The notes under the pieces are model-generated. The model did no database searches. It was not told the origin of the DNA and saw only the letters and a list, made by a program, of their open reading frames with translations. From Candidatus Anstonellaceae archaeon (GTDB lineage Archaea; Micrarchaeota; Micrarchaeia; Anstonellales; Anstonellaceae), in contig JAWAEW010000005.1 in assembly GCA_038891035.1 (NCBI GenBank), positions 1,425-65,424 on the forward strand: 64,000 nucleotides of DNA, given 5' to 3'. Numbering within the stretch: the first letter of the stretch is position 1; each line of letters opens with the position of its first letter. Positions 39,086 to 48,435 of the stretch are shown here, piece after piece. Both the position numbers and the translations under genes were made by a program.

Positions 39086-39814
39086 ATGGCAGAAAATATC
39101 CTTTCTTATTCGCTTAAGGCATATTTGGAGAATATCAAGCTCATATCGCTTTTTTCTATCCCTGCCTTAATTGCATTTCTTATCCCTATTTTAGTCAACA
39201 CTCCGGTTTTCATTGCACTTGGCGGAAGCTTCCTTAGGACAGGTAGCATACCAGACATGAGCGCGTATGAAATCGCTTTTGTGATTTTTGCGCTTCTTGC
39301 AAGCCTTTATTTGATTTCATTTGCGATAGTCAACATTAATATCGTGATAAAAAGCCAGCGCACAAAAACCAGCATAAAAAACGAGGTGCTGAAAGGCATC
39401 ACTGGACACACATTGAATGTCTTTTTGCTTTTCTTGCTTGGCAGCATTATGCTTTTGATAATTCAGCTCTTGACATTTGAAATTGGGGCGCAAAGCTGGC
39501 TTTCGCCTATGCTTTCGCTTGTGGTATGGATGCCACTTTTTTATGCACCTGCAGCTCTTGTAATAGATGAGCTTCGCCCATTTAGGGCAGCTGAGAAGTC
39601 TTTCAACATGATTTTCAGCAAATTCCACTATTTTCTGCTTTGGAACATAATTGGGATTACTTTGCTTTCTTTGGTTAATGTGATATTTTTGAGTATGCTT
39701 CCGCACAAATTGGGCTCGCTTGTAGTTTTAGTGATAAACTCCTTGGTAGTTATGCCGTTTTTGGTGGTGTTGCAGACTCAGATGTACCTAAGCAAGTACA
39801 CTATATTGGATTGA
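39086..39814 (+). CDS. Polytopic membrane protein
   Basis: About six hydrophobic segments. Confidence 0.75.
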   Translation: MAENILSYSLKAYLENIKLISLFSIPALIAFLIPILVNTPVFIALGGSFLRTGSIPDMSAYEIAFVIFALLASLYLISFAIVNINIVIKSQRTKTSIKNEVLKGITGHTLNVFLLFLLGSIMLLIIQLLTFEIGAQSWLSPMLSLVVWMPLFYAPAALVIDELRPFRAAEKSFNMIFSKFHYFLLWNIIGITLLSLVNVIFLSMLPHKLGSLVVLVINSLVVMPFLVVLQTQMYLSKYTILD

Positions 39815-40057
39815 CTACTTAAGCAAAGTAGAGGATTGCTCTGCGATTAGATTGGCAGCACCGGTTATTGCAGCAACCACTATTCCACCTGTAATCAAGG
39901 CATAAGCAGTAGTAATGAATTTGCCTCGCTGGTCTGCAGGCTGTATTTGAGCAAACCCGTACGAAAGGCCGCCAAGCACAATAAGTATCACAGAGATTAT
40001 CGGTCCTATATCAAGAAGTGCCCCTTCAATACCAGCTAAAGTCTCAACAAGCGACAT
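39815..40057 (-). CDS. Small two-TM protein, VirB2/TrbC pilin-like
   Basis: SD GGGAGG; two hydrophobic helices separated by QPADQRGK loop. Confidence 0.5.
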   Translation of the reverse strand: MSLVETLAGIEGALLDIGPIISVILIVLGGLSYGFAQIQPADQRGKFITTAYALITGGIVVAAITGAANLIAEQSSTLLK

Positions 40058-40166
40058 TTTCATTCCTCCCAGCAGATTCTCCAACACTGAAATATAAAAT
40101 CATGACGTCACATGCCAAATCCTTTTATATATTTTTCCATTTTTATACCTGCCAAGAGGTGTGCTT

Positions 40167-40283
40167 ATGGCAAGCCCGTACAAATTTCCGATTTACCGTA
40201 TAGACGAAGAAGAGGAGGAGGAAGAGGAAGAAGACGAAGACGAAGATTTTGATGAGGATTGGGAGGAGGAAGAAGAGGAATAA
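40167..40283 (+). CDS. 38-aa poly-acidic microprotein
   Basis: TATA 40123-40131, SD GAGGTG 40156-40161, ORF MASPYKFPIYRIDEEEEEEEEEDEDEDFDEDWEEEEEE, T-run after stop. Confidence 0.7.
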   Translation: MASPYKFPIYRIDEEEEEEEEEDEDEDFDEDWEEEEEE

Positions 40284-40349
40284 GTCTGCTTTTTTGAGTG
40301 GCATCCTAGTCTGGATTGATTTAAATATGCTTGGATGCCACTTCTTTTT

Positions 40350-40622
40350 ATGGCCAGCGTGGAGGAGGAGATAGTACATTGGTGGAAAGATGAAAAAGGA
40401 GAATCTCACAGAAATGTGCTTAGGATAGAGTCCGAGCCTGCTTGTGAGTATGGTGGCTTTCCGCGCGACGGCATAATTACTTTGAGGATAATGAACAGTG
40501 CATCTCAACAGGCGATAAAGCTTTCTCCTGAAGAAGCACTGCGCATTAGCACCCAGCTACTGGCAGTAGCAAAAGACCTTTTGAACCAAAAAAGACAGCT
40601 TTGGAACCACCACGATGATTAA
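40350..40622 (+). CDS. Small hypothetical protein (beta strands then C-terminal helix)
   Basis: TTTAAAT 23 nt upstream of ATG 40350. Confidence 0.65.
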   Translation: MASVEEEIVHWWKDEKGESHRNVLRIESEPACEYGGFPRDGIITLRIMNSASQQAIKLSPEEALRISTQLLAVAKDLLNQKRQLWNHHDD

Positions 40623-40692
40623 AGAATGGCAATGGGTCTTCTAATGTTGGGCGTAGCTAATTTTATAAGTCAATTCAAGCAAATCTACTGCA

Positions 40693-41865
40693 ATGGAAAC
40701 TTTTGATATAGCTATAATAGGTGCTGGCCCCGGAGGCACTTATGCTGCGTATTGGGCTGCAAAGCTTGGCTGCAGTGTTGCAGTATTTGAAGAGCACGAA
40801 AAGGTTGGTGAACCGGTACACTGTGGGGAATGTCTTTCCAAGCTTGCAGCAGAAAGGCTGGGCCTTCAGCTTCCGCAGGAAGCAATCTCCTGCGAGGTGG
40901 AAGGAATCAAAGTCATATGGCCAAGCAGAGGCTTTTCATTCATTAAGGAACCAGGATACACACTTGAAAAGGACAAGTTCGAACAATATCTTGCAAAGCT
41001 TGGAAGCGAAATGGGCGCATCTTATTTTATGAGGCATCGGGTAACTGGACTCAAAAGACAGGACAATTGGCAAATAGCAACTACGAAGGGAGAGTACGGC
41101 GCAAAAATAGTTATTGATGCATCTGGAGTATCTGCAGTGGCTTCAAATCTTCTTAAGCTTAATCCTCCCATGAAAACTGTAATTGGGCTGCAATATGAGC
41201 TTTCTGATATTGACTTCGGAGGATTTGTTGAATTTTTCCTTTGGCCTTCCTTTGCGCCACACGGATATCTGTGGATAATACCAAAAAGCAGTAGAAGGGC
41301 AAATGTTGGATTGGTGACTGATGACCTGCCCAACACAAGAAGTCGGCTCGAGAAATTTGTTTCAGAATATGGTCTTGCTCAGAAAAGCAAAGTGGGGAGG
41401 ATCGCCTTCGGAGGTAAAATTCCTGCTTCAGGGCCAGTACCCAAGACTTACGATGATGGTTTGCTTTTGGTTGGAGATGCTGCTGGCTTTACTTCGCCAA
41501 TGTTTGAGGGCGGCACCGCACTTGCAATGACTTCAGGCAAATTTGCAGCAGAAGTGGCATCGCAAGCAATAACGAAAGGAGATATCGGCAAGGCTTTCCT
41601 TTCGAAGTACGAAATGCTGTGGAAAGCCGAATTTCCGGATTACTCTGCCCTTCTGAATGGGAAAGAAGCAGCTTACAGATACAGCGATGGTGAATGGAAC
41701 AAAATCGGCATGCTGATACCGCAAGATTTGACTGATCTTTCTGCTTTGCAAAAGCTTGCAATTGGTGCAAAGGTGCTCTTTCAAGCACCAGGAATTTTCT
41801 TTAAAGGCTTCGTTCCTGCTATGGAAGCCCTCGGAAAGTCGCGCGCAAAATATTACGGCTGGTAA
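40693..41865 (+). CDS. Geranylgeranyl reductase family flavoprotein
   Basis: IIGAGPGG, PVHCGE, PHGYLWIIPK, VGDAAGFTSPMFEGG. Confidence 0.9.
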   Translation: METFDIAIIGAGPGGTYAAYWAAKLGCSVAVFEEHEKVGEPVHCGECLSKLAAERLGLQLPQEAISCEVEGIKVIWPSRGFSFIKEPGYTLEKDKFEQYLAKLGSEMGASYFMRHRVTGLKRQDNWQIATTKGEYGAKIVIDASGVSAVASNLLKLNPPMKTVIGLQYELSDIDFGGFVEFFLWPSFAPHGYLWIIPKSSRRANVGLVTDDLPNTRSRLEKFVSEYGLAQKSKVGRIAFGGKIPASGPVPKTYDDGLLLVGDAAGFTSPMFEGGTALAMTSGKFAAEVASQAITKGDIGKAFLSKYEMLWKAEFPDYSALLNGKEAAYRYSDGEWNKIGMLIPQDLTDLSALQKLAIGAKVLFQAPGIFFKGFVPAMEALGKSRAKYYGW

Positions 41866-41937
41866 CGCTGTCTTCTTTGTGCTTTAATTGGCTTGCCTTA
41901 CACACTTTTATATTATTTATAGGAGAAAGGTAGCTTT

Positions 41938-43248
41938 ATGGAGGCACTTGAAACTGACTTTTCCAAGATAGGCATTATACTTTCAGGGCTTTTGAATGAC
42001 AAAAAAGTAAAAATTCGTGGGTGGGTTCATCGAAGCAGGACCTCTGGCGGTGTGTGTTTTTTGGTAATTAGAGATTCGACAGGAATTATTCAGTGTGCCA
42101 TCAAAAAGGATGTGGTTGGAGAAGACAGCTTCAAGCAGGCCACTGAAGCTTATTTGGAATCCAGCATTATGGTTGAAGGGATGGTCCGACAGGATGCGCG
42201 AGCTCCTGGAGGATATGAGATCTCTGCGACCCAGGTCAGGCTGATTGGAAAAGGAGAACCTTTTCCAATTTCAAAGGACCAATCAGTTGAGTTTTTACTG
42301 GATAAGCGGCACCTTTGGCTGAGAAGCCAAAGACTTACTGCAATAATGAAAGCAAGGCACAAAATAGTTTTTTATCTGAGGGAATTCCTTGAGAAAGAAG
42401 GATTTTGGGAACTTGCACCACCGATAATTACTGGAGCTGCTTGTGAAGGCGGAGCCACTCTTTTTGAGCTGAATTATTTTGGACAAAAGGCCTTTCTTAC
42501 CCAAAGCAGCCAGCTTTATGCAGAAGTATTCACCACTGCTCTTGAGAGAGTATATGTTTTTGCGCCATCCTTTCGGGCTGAGCCCTCTCGCACAGTAAGG
42601 CATTTGTGCGAATATTGGCATCTTGAGCCTGAGATGGCGTTTTACAACCAAAAAATGAATATGGAACTTCAGGAAAGGATGATTGAGTATGTTGCACAAA
42701 AAATGGCAGACAACCATACTGATTTACTTATTTTTTTGGGAAGGGAGCCTGAGAAGCTTAAGGCTGTGAGAGCACCATTTAAGAGAATGACATATGAGGA
42801 AGCAATTGATCTTGCTGCAAGCAAAGGGGCAAACATAAAAAGTGGGCAGGATCTGGGCGCAGATGAGGAGGCCTTACTCACAGAAGGAGAAGATAAGCCG
42901 ATTTTTGTTACAAACTTCCCTGCCAAAATAAAAGCCTTCTATATGAGGGAAGACCCACAAAATCCTGGCACTGTGCTGAATGCAGATATGCTTGCACCAG
43001 AGGGGCATGGAGAGATAATCGGCGGTTCTGAAAGAATTTGGGAGTATGATGAGCTGATGCGCAAAATAAAGGAGAATAATCTTAATCCGAGAGAGTATGA
43101 ATGGTACATTGATTTGAGGAAATATGGTCCGGTTCCGCACTCTGGATTTGGGCTTGGGATTGAGCGGTTGGTCAAGTGGCTGCTTGATTTAGACCATATA
43201 AGGGATGCTATCCCATTCCCACGAACTATAAATAGGGTGTATCCATGA
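41938..43248 (+). CDS. asnS: Asparaginyl-tRNA synthetase
   Basis: RHLWLRS, LTQSSQLY, FRAEPSRTVRHL, KAFYM, EIIGGSER, PHSGFGLGIER. Confidence 0.93.
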   Translation: MEALETDFSKIGIILSGLLNDKKVKIRGWVHRSRTSGGVCFLVIRDSTGIIQCAIKKDVVGEDSFKQATEAYLESSIMVEGMVRQDARAPGGYEISATQVRLIGKGEPFPISKDQSVEFLLDKRHLWLRSQRLTAIMKARHKIVFYLREFLEKEGFWELAPPIITGAACEGGATLFELNYFGQKAFLTQSSQLYAEVFTTALERVYVFAPSFRAEPSRTVRHLCEYWHLEPEMAFYNQKMNMELQERMIEYVAQKMADNHTDLLIFLGREPEKLKAVRAPFKRMTYEEAIDLAASKGANIKSGQDLGADEEALLTEGEDKPIFVTNFPAKIKAFYMREDPQNPGTVLNADMLAPEGHGEIIGGSERIWEYDELMRKIKENNLNPREYEWYIDLRKYGPVPHSGFGLGIERLVKWLLDLDHIRDAIPFPRTINRVYP

Positions 43249-43790
43249 ATGCGCGCCAGCTTTATTTGTGGTGTGTTGAAAACAACGGCCTTTCAGACCA
43301 TGATATGGAAAAATTAAGCCCAAATCAAAGAAAGCTGCTAAGTAGAGGGGAAAATGGTAAATTTTGGCTTTCAAGAAAAGAAAGGGAAAAATTCACAGTG
43401 GCTCTTACTGGTGGTGCATTTGATCTTTTGCATATGGGCCACATCATTACTTTGAGAGAAGCAAAAAAGCAGGCTGATTTGCTTGTGGTTGTGGTTGCCA
43501 CTGATGAACGCGTGAGGGAACTGAAAAAAAGGCCGCCGATACACAATTGTGAGTACCGCACTCAGATGGTTTCTGCGATAAGATGGGTGGATTTGGCAAT
43601 TCAAGGCTCGCATGATATAATGGAAACCTTTTATCGGGTAAGGCCAGATGTGGTTGTGTTTGGCTACGACCAGCAGCCCATGAAGCTTCCTGTCCCAGTA
43701 AAAATAGTGCATCTAAAAGATGTTGTATTTGATGAAAAGCTTGCAAAGACCAGCAGGCTCCTCAGCCAGCTTGGCTTGGGTAAGGATTAA
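43245..43790 (+). CDS. Cytidylyltransferase-like protein (RibL/FAD synthase-like) with N-terminal extension
   Basis: GGAFDLLHMGH, VVVATD, PDVVVFGYDQ. Confidence 0.8.
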   Translation: MNARQLYLWCVENNGLSDHDMEKLSPNQRKLLSRGENGKFWLSRKEREKFTVALTGGAFDLLHMGHIITLREAKKQADLLVVVVATDERVRELKKRPPIHNCEYRTQMVSAIRWVDLAIQGSHDIMETFYRVRPDVVVFGYDQQPMKLPVPVKIVHLKDVVFDEKLAKTSRLLSQLGLGKD

Positions 43791-43830
43791 AAAACATTAT
43801 CACGAATTAGAGGCAGTGGGGATTGAGAAG

Positions 43831-44193
43831 GTGACGCACTCAGCTAACACCAACATCCATCACAATATTTCTAATTCTGCTGATGATTTTACCAATGCGA
43901 TAAAGATGCTTAAGGAAGCTGAAAAAGTAGCAGCAGAAAAAGTGCAGCAGGCGATGAAAGAGGCGAGCCAGATCGAGGCGCAGGCGCGTGAAAAGGCAGT
44001 TGAAATTTCCTCGCGGAATGCCGAAAAAATTGTTCAGGCAAAAAATGAAATCCTGGCAGAAGGAAGGGCAAAGACAGAGCGCGAAATTCGAGAAATAATT
44101 GGAGAAGCAAACAGGTATGCGGGCAGAATCAGGGCAAAAAAGCTGGATGCACAAGAAGCAAAGGCTCTTGCAGCGCAAATTTTAGAAGGTTGA
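43831..44193 (+). CDS. atpH: A-type ATP synthase subunit H
   Basis: IKMLKEAE..A coiled coil directly upstream of atpI; start uncertain. Confidence 0.75.
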   Translation: MTHSANTNIHHNISNSADDFTNAIKMLKEAEKVAAEKVQQAMKEASQIEAQAREKAVEISSRNAEKIVQAKNEILAEGRAKTEREIREIIGEANRYAGRIRAKKLDAQEAKALAAQILEG

Positions 44194-44197
44194 TAGG

Positions 44198-46096
44198 ATG
44201 CTTAGGCCAGTAAGAATGCGGAAAGTCAGGCTAATCTGTATAAAATCGGTTGCTTCGAATCTAATAAAGGAATTGCACCAGCTTTCTGTTGTCCACATTA
44301 AGGATGCAGAGCTTCCGCAGACATTCAAAACAGGCCCACTTGCAACATATGACGAAATCTCCTCGCGTTTAATTCGCATAAGGTCTTTGAAAGAGATGCT
44401 TCAGAATGTATATCATATTCAGCCACCAAAAAAGAAAATCACATTTGAAAAACTCATAAAGCAGGCAGATGAGCTTTTGGGCCAGGAAAGCACATTGCAG
44501 GAGATCCTTCAGCAACAGCAGCAAGCATTGGAGCAGCTTGAAGCTATTTCAGCATCAAAACATGCTCTCTCCGACATCGCAAATCTGAATGTTGATTTTT
44601 CTGAGCTTTACTCAGAAAGCCTGCAGTTTGTTTTGCTTAAGGCAACCAAAGAGCAGGCAAGCAGGCTCGTGAAGCTGTTTTCGGAGAGGCAAAATTGCCA
44701 ACTTCTATCCGCACCTTGCAAAGATGGACATGAAATTGTTCTTGTTGCACTCCAAAAATCTGATGACCCAAGGTTTTTGGAAAAATTTGGTTCGCTTCTG
44801 CAGCTTCCTCAGATTGAAGGCAGACCTGCGCAGCAGCTAAAGCAGCTTGAGCAAAAGGAAAATGAAGTCAAAAAAGCGCTGGAACAGGCAAATACCAAGC
44901 TTGCAAAATTTGCACAAAAATACGGCCCGCTTCTGATTGCTGCGCAGGAGGCATTGGAAATAGAGGCAGACCGCGCGCGAATTGCTTCATTTTTTTCTGC
45001 TACGGATACCCTTTACATAATCGAAGGATGGGTGGAAAAGAAGAAGATGGATTTGTTGAAAACCAAGATTGAAGAAAAATTTGGCAAAAAAGTGCTTATA
45101 ACTGAGGCAAAAGTAGACGAACATCATGAAACTCCCCCCACGTTGCTTTCCAATCCAAAGCCTATTCGCCCTTTTCAATTTATTGTTGAATTCCTTTCTA
45201 CCACTCATTATAATGAGATAGACCCAAGCCCTCTGCTTGCACTTTTCATCCCTATTTTGTATGCAATGATATTAGGTGATGCAGGTTATGCAATAATATC
45301 GTTCATGCTCTCATCTTATCTTGTAATTATTTCAAAGCGAGGAAGCCTTTTGAGGCAGGTTTCAAGAATCTGGCAAATATCCTCAATTCCTGCTTTCTTG
45401 TTTGGGGCTGCATTTGATGAATGGTTTGGATTCACGCATGCTGCGTTTTTTGAAAAGATTGGGTTTGGCAAAGTGAGCTTTTATTCTGCTTTGCTTCATC
45501 GAGTTCACCAAATTGAAACACTTATCTTGCTGGTAATAATAGTTGGAGCAATCCATCTTGGCATAGGATTTTTGCTTGGCGCAATAAATGAATTTGGGCA
45601 TTCTCGCAAGCATGCAATTGCAAAGCTTGCTTGGCTGGGAATAGAAATAGGTGGGTTTTTTTCAGTTGCTGGGCTGATGTTTGGCACATTTCCGGAATTG
45701 ACTGCGCCTGCCTTGGCTTTACTTGTAATTTCAGCTACTGTAATGATTTTGAGTGAAGGATTTATTGGGGCTTTTGAAATACCTGGCCTTGCTTCAAATA
45801 TAATGTCTTATATCCGTATTGCTGCAGTTGGGGTTGGGGGAGTGATACTTGCAGAAGCAATAAATGAGCTTCTGTTTCCAAAGTGGGATTTCAGTCTAGG
45901 TGGCATAATTGCCTTTGTAATTGGGATGGTCGCCTATCTTGGAGTTCACCTTCTGTCTTGTATAATTGCAATGTTTGAATCATTCATACATGGGACAAGG
46001 CTTAATGTAGTGGAGTTCTTCGGGAAGTTTTACAAAGGCAACGGAATAAAGTTTTCTCCGTTCTCGCTTACTAGGCTTTATAGCCGTGAAATTTGA
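44198..46096 (+). CDS. atpI: A-type ATP synthase subunit I (a)
   Basis: IIEGWV, PPTLLSNP, EIDP, GDAGY, SYIRIAA, RLNVVEFFGKFY. Confidence 0.95.
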   Translation: MLRPVRMRKVRLICIKSVASNLIKELHQLSVVHIKDAELPQTFKTGPLATYDEISSRLIRIRSLKEMLQNVYHIQPPKKKITFEKLIKQADELLGQESTLQEILQQQQQALEQLEAISASKHALSDIANLNVDFSELYSESLQFVLLKATKEQASRLVKLFSERQNCQLLSAPCKDGHEIVLVALQKSDDPRFLEKFGSLLQLPQIEGRPAQQLKQLEQKENEVKKALEQANTKLAKFAQKYGPLLIAAQEALEIEADRARIASFFSATDTLYIIEGWVEKKKMDLLKTKIEEKFGKKVLITEAKVDEHHETPPTLLSNPKPIRPFQFIVEFLSTTHYNEIDPSPLLALFIPILYAMILGDAGYAIISFMLSSYLVIISKRGSLLRQVSRIWQISSIPAFLFGAAFDEWFGFTHAAFFEKIGFGKVSFYSALLHRVHQIETLILLVIIVGAIHLGIGFLLGAINEFGHSRKHAIAKLAWLGIEIGGFFSVAGLMFGTFPELTAPALALLVISATVMILSEGFIGAFEIPGLASNIMSYIRIAAVGVGGVILAEAINELLFPKWDFSLGGIIAFVIGMVAYLGVHLLSCIIAMFESFIHGTRLNVVEFFGKFYKGNGIKFSPFSLTRLYSREI

Positions 46097-46136
46097 TGCT
46101 AATCCGGGCTTGCTGCCCGGCCAGAGAGGTGTAAAT

Positions 46137-46379
46137 ATGGTATTGTTGGAAAACACAGGTGCGCTTGGAATTGCAGCCGCTTTGTCCATGGTAGGGGGGG
46201 CTCTTGGAACCGCATGGGCGCAGGCATCCATAGGATCTTCTATCATGGGGGTGCTTGCAGAAAAGCCGGAAGAAGCATTCAAGCTCATAGTATATATTGC
46301 GCTTCCTGAGCTGATAGTGCTTCTTGGTTTCGTCATAGCATTCCTGCTGGTAGGCAAGATCGAAGGAGTAGCGCACTAA
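46137..46379 (+). CDS. atpK: A-type ATP synthase subunit K (c), single hairpin
   Basis: SD GAGGTG; AWAQASIG...AEKPE...ALPELIV. Confidence 0.93.
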   Translation: MVLLENTGALGIAAALSMVGGALGTAWAQASIGSSIMGVLAEKPEEAFKLIVYIALPELIVLLGFVIAFLLVGKIEGVAH

Positions 46380-46390
46380 GGAGGCTTCAG

Positions 46391-46951
46391 ATGGGATTTG
46401 AAGAGCTTGCACAGCAAATTCAAAAAAACGCAGAAGCTGAAGGCAGGAGAATAATCCATACTGCACAAAAGAACGCAGAAAAAATAGTTGAAGCTGCCTC
46501 CAAAAATGCAGATGAAAACCTCAAGAAGGCAAAAGCTGAGGCGGCAGCCTTAGTGAAGCAGGAGCACGCAGAAAGAGTTACTTCAGCAAAGCTTGCGGCA
46601 AAAAAGATAATAAGCGAAGCAAAGGATGATGCTGTAGAGGCAGCTGTTCAAGAAGTGTGGAAAGAATTTGTTGCTACTGCAACAAAAAAATCCACCTACC
46701 CTTCGCTGCTTGCAAAGCTTGTGCAAGAAGGACTTAAGGAGCTTGGCACAAAGGAAGCAGTTCTTTATGTAAGAGATGAAGATCGCTATTTAGTTTCAGG
46801 CTATCAGCTTGCTAAGCTTCCTTCTGAGTACGCTGGCGGCGTGATTGTAGAGTCAACGGACGGCAAAGTGAGGGTAAACAAGACCTTAGATGAGATATTT
46901 TTGAGAAAGAAGGACTGGTTGCGTAAGCAAATATACGAGAAGCTTTTCTGA
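46391..46951 (+). CDS. atpE: A-type ATP synthase subunit E
   Basis: GGVIVESTDGKVRVNKTLD; operon position. Confidence 0.92.
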   Translation: MGFEELAQQIQKNAEAEGRRIIHTAQKNAEKIVEAASKNADENLKKAKAEAAALVKQEHAERVTSAKLAAKKIISEAKDDAVEAAVQEVWKEFVATATKKSTYPSLLAKLVQEGLKELGTKEAVLYVRDEDRYLVSGYQLAKLPSEYAGGVIVESTDGKVRVNKTLDEIFLRKKDWLRKQIYEKLF

Positions 46952-46960
46952 GGGGGGTAG

Positions 46961-48109
46961 ATGCTGAAGCTTTGGAAATTTGCCGACAGTATTTGCCGGA
47001 GGCTTGCCTTCAAGCCTCTCATCTACGGTTATGCAAACGCACGCGTTCGGGCAATGCGTACTGCCTTACTTAGCCGCAGGCAGGCAGAAGAGCTCATCAG
47101 AATAAAGACGAATGCTGGGATAGCAGAATATCTAACTAGAACTCCTTATAAAGAAGACTTTGCCGGGATACCTCCAGGTATAAATGATGAAGAAAGGATT
47201 GAAATTGCAGTTTCAAAAAATTTTGCAAGAGTTGCGCAAAAGCTTCTGCGCATTACCCCAAAACAAGCAAAGCCTCTAATGCTTGCTTTGCTTGGAAGAT
47301 ACGACGTGCACAATATAAAGACCATATTGCTTGCAAGAAAGCTTGGAAAATCCAGGCAGGAGACTGAGATGCTTCTTTTGCCTGCAGGAAGCATAAAGGC
47401 ACACGAACTCGAAAGAATGATGTCTGCGAAAAATGCAGATGAGCTTTATGATGCCATAAAAAGCACACATTTTGGCAAGAAATTTCTGGCGTCCGAATTC
47501 AGCAAACATTTGACAAAAGCGCAAATCCAGCATGCTTTGCAGGCACAAGAGGGTATGTTGGAGCTGCTTCTTTCGGCAATTGATTCATACCATTATTCTG
47601 TAGTGTCATCTGAAATTGTGCCGGAGGATAATGATTCAAAGGTGGTGCTTGAACTAGTGCAAAAGGAGGCAGATGCAAAAAACATAATGACAATAATGAG
47701 GCTCAAGCAAGGCAAAGCAGACAAACAAGAGATTCCTAAGATGATGGTTTGGGGAGGAAGCCTGCCACCAAAGCAGCTTGAAAAAATGATTGCAGCAAAG
47801 GATGTATTAGAGGTTGCAATGCTTGCGGCAGATTTTTTTGCTTCACACACAGGAAAGGAAGAGTTTGAAAAGACGCAAAAAAAATATGAGCAGGATCACA
47901 GGCTTTCCCACTTTGAGGTGGCATTTGAAAGCTCGCTTGCACGAAAAAGCCTGAGAGCTCTTCGAAGAAGCATGATGTCGGTTGGAACTATCGCCGGTTT
48001 CCTGTTCCTAAAAGAAGAGGAGATGAACAACATACGCAAGATTGTAAGAGGTAAGGCACTTGGGCTTTCTGCTGACCAGATAGCACAAATGCTTGTATTG
48101 GTGGAATAA
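46961..48109 (+). CDS. atpC: A-type ATP synthase subunit C
   Basis: YGYANARVRAM, DVHNIKTI, KEEEMNNIRKI. Confidence 0.92.
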   Translation: MLKLWKFADSICRRLAFKPLIYGYANARVRAMRTALLSRRQAEELIRIKTNAGIAEYLTRTPYKEDFAGIPPGINDEERIEIAVSKNFARVAQKLLRITPKQAKPLMLALLGRYDVHNIKTILLARKLGKSRQETEMLLLPAGSIKAHELERMMSAKNADELYDAIKSTHFGKKFLASEFSKHLTKAQIQHALQAQEGMLELLLSAIDSYHYSVVSSEIVPEDNDSKVVLELVQKEADAKNIMTIMRLKQGKADKQEIPKMMVWGGSLPPKQLEKMIAAKDVLEVAMLAADFFASHTGKEEFEKTQKKYEQDHRLSHFEVAFESSLARKSLRALRRSMMSVGTIAGFLFLKEEEMNNIRKIVRGKALGLSADQIAQMLVLVE

Positions 48110-48432
48110 TGAAGGAAAAGATTGCAGTGATTGCAGATTCTGCCACATGCGCAGGTTTTCGGCTGGCAGGGGCAGAACATACGTTTGCTTTGGCGGGAAA
48201 GGAGGCAGAAGAGAAGCTTTCCCAGCTTTTAGCTGATCCAAGCTTCGGAATAATTATTGTGACAGAAAAGTTGCTTGAGGGCTGTGACTGGAGACTAAAA
48301 AAGAAGGTGGAAGCGACCGCCAAGCCTATTGTAGTGCCAATTCCAGATGCACAAGGCCCAATAGAGCAATCAGAATCGCTTTCTGTTCTTATAAAAAGAG
48401 CCTTAGGTTTGGATTTAAGCAAAAAGAAGTGA
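48109..48432 (+). CDS. atpF: A-type ATP synthase subunit F
   Basis: IAVIAD...GFRLAG...IKRALG. Confidence 0.93.
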   Translation: MKEKIAVIADSATCAGFRLAGAEHTFALAGKEAEEKLSQLLADPSFGIIIVTEKLLEGCDWRLKKKVEATAKPIVVPIPDAQGPIEQSESLSVLIKRALGLDLSKKK

Positions 48433-48435
48433 GGG

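Noticed and set aside
40203..40280. GAR/GAY-rich tract as microsatellite or CRISPR-like repeat
   Set aside because: No fixed repeat-spacer period; better explained as Asp/Glu codons of a small ORF
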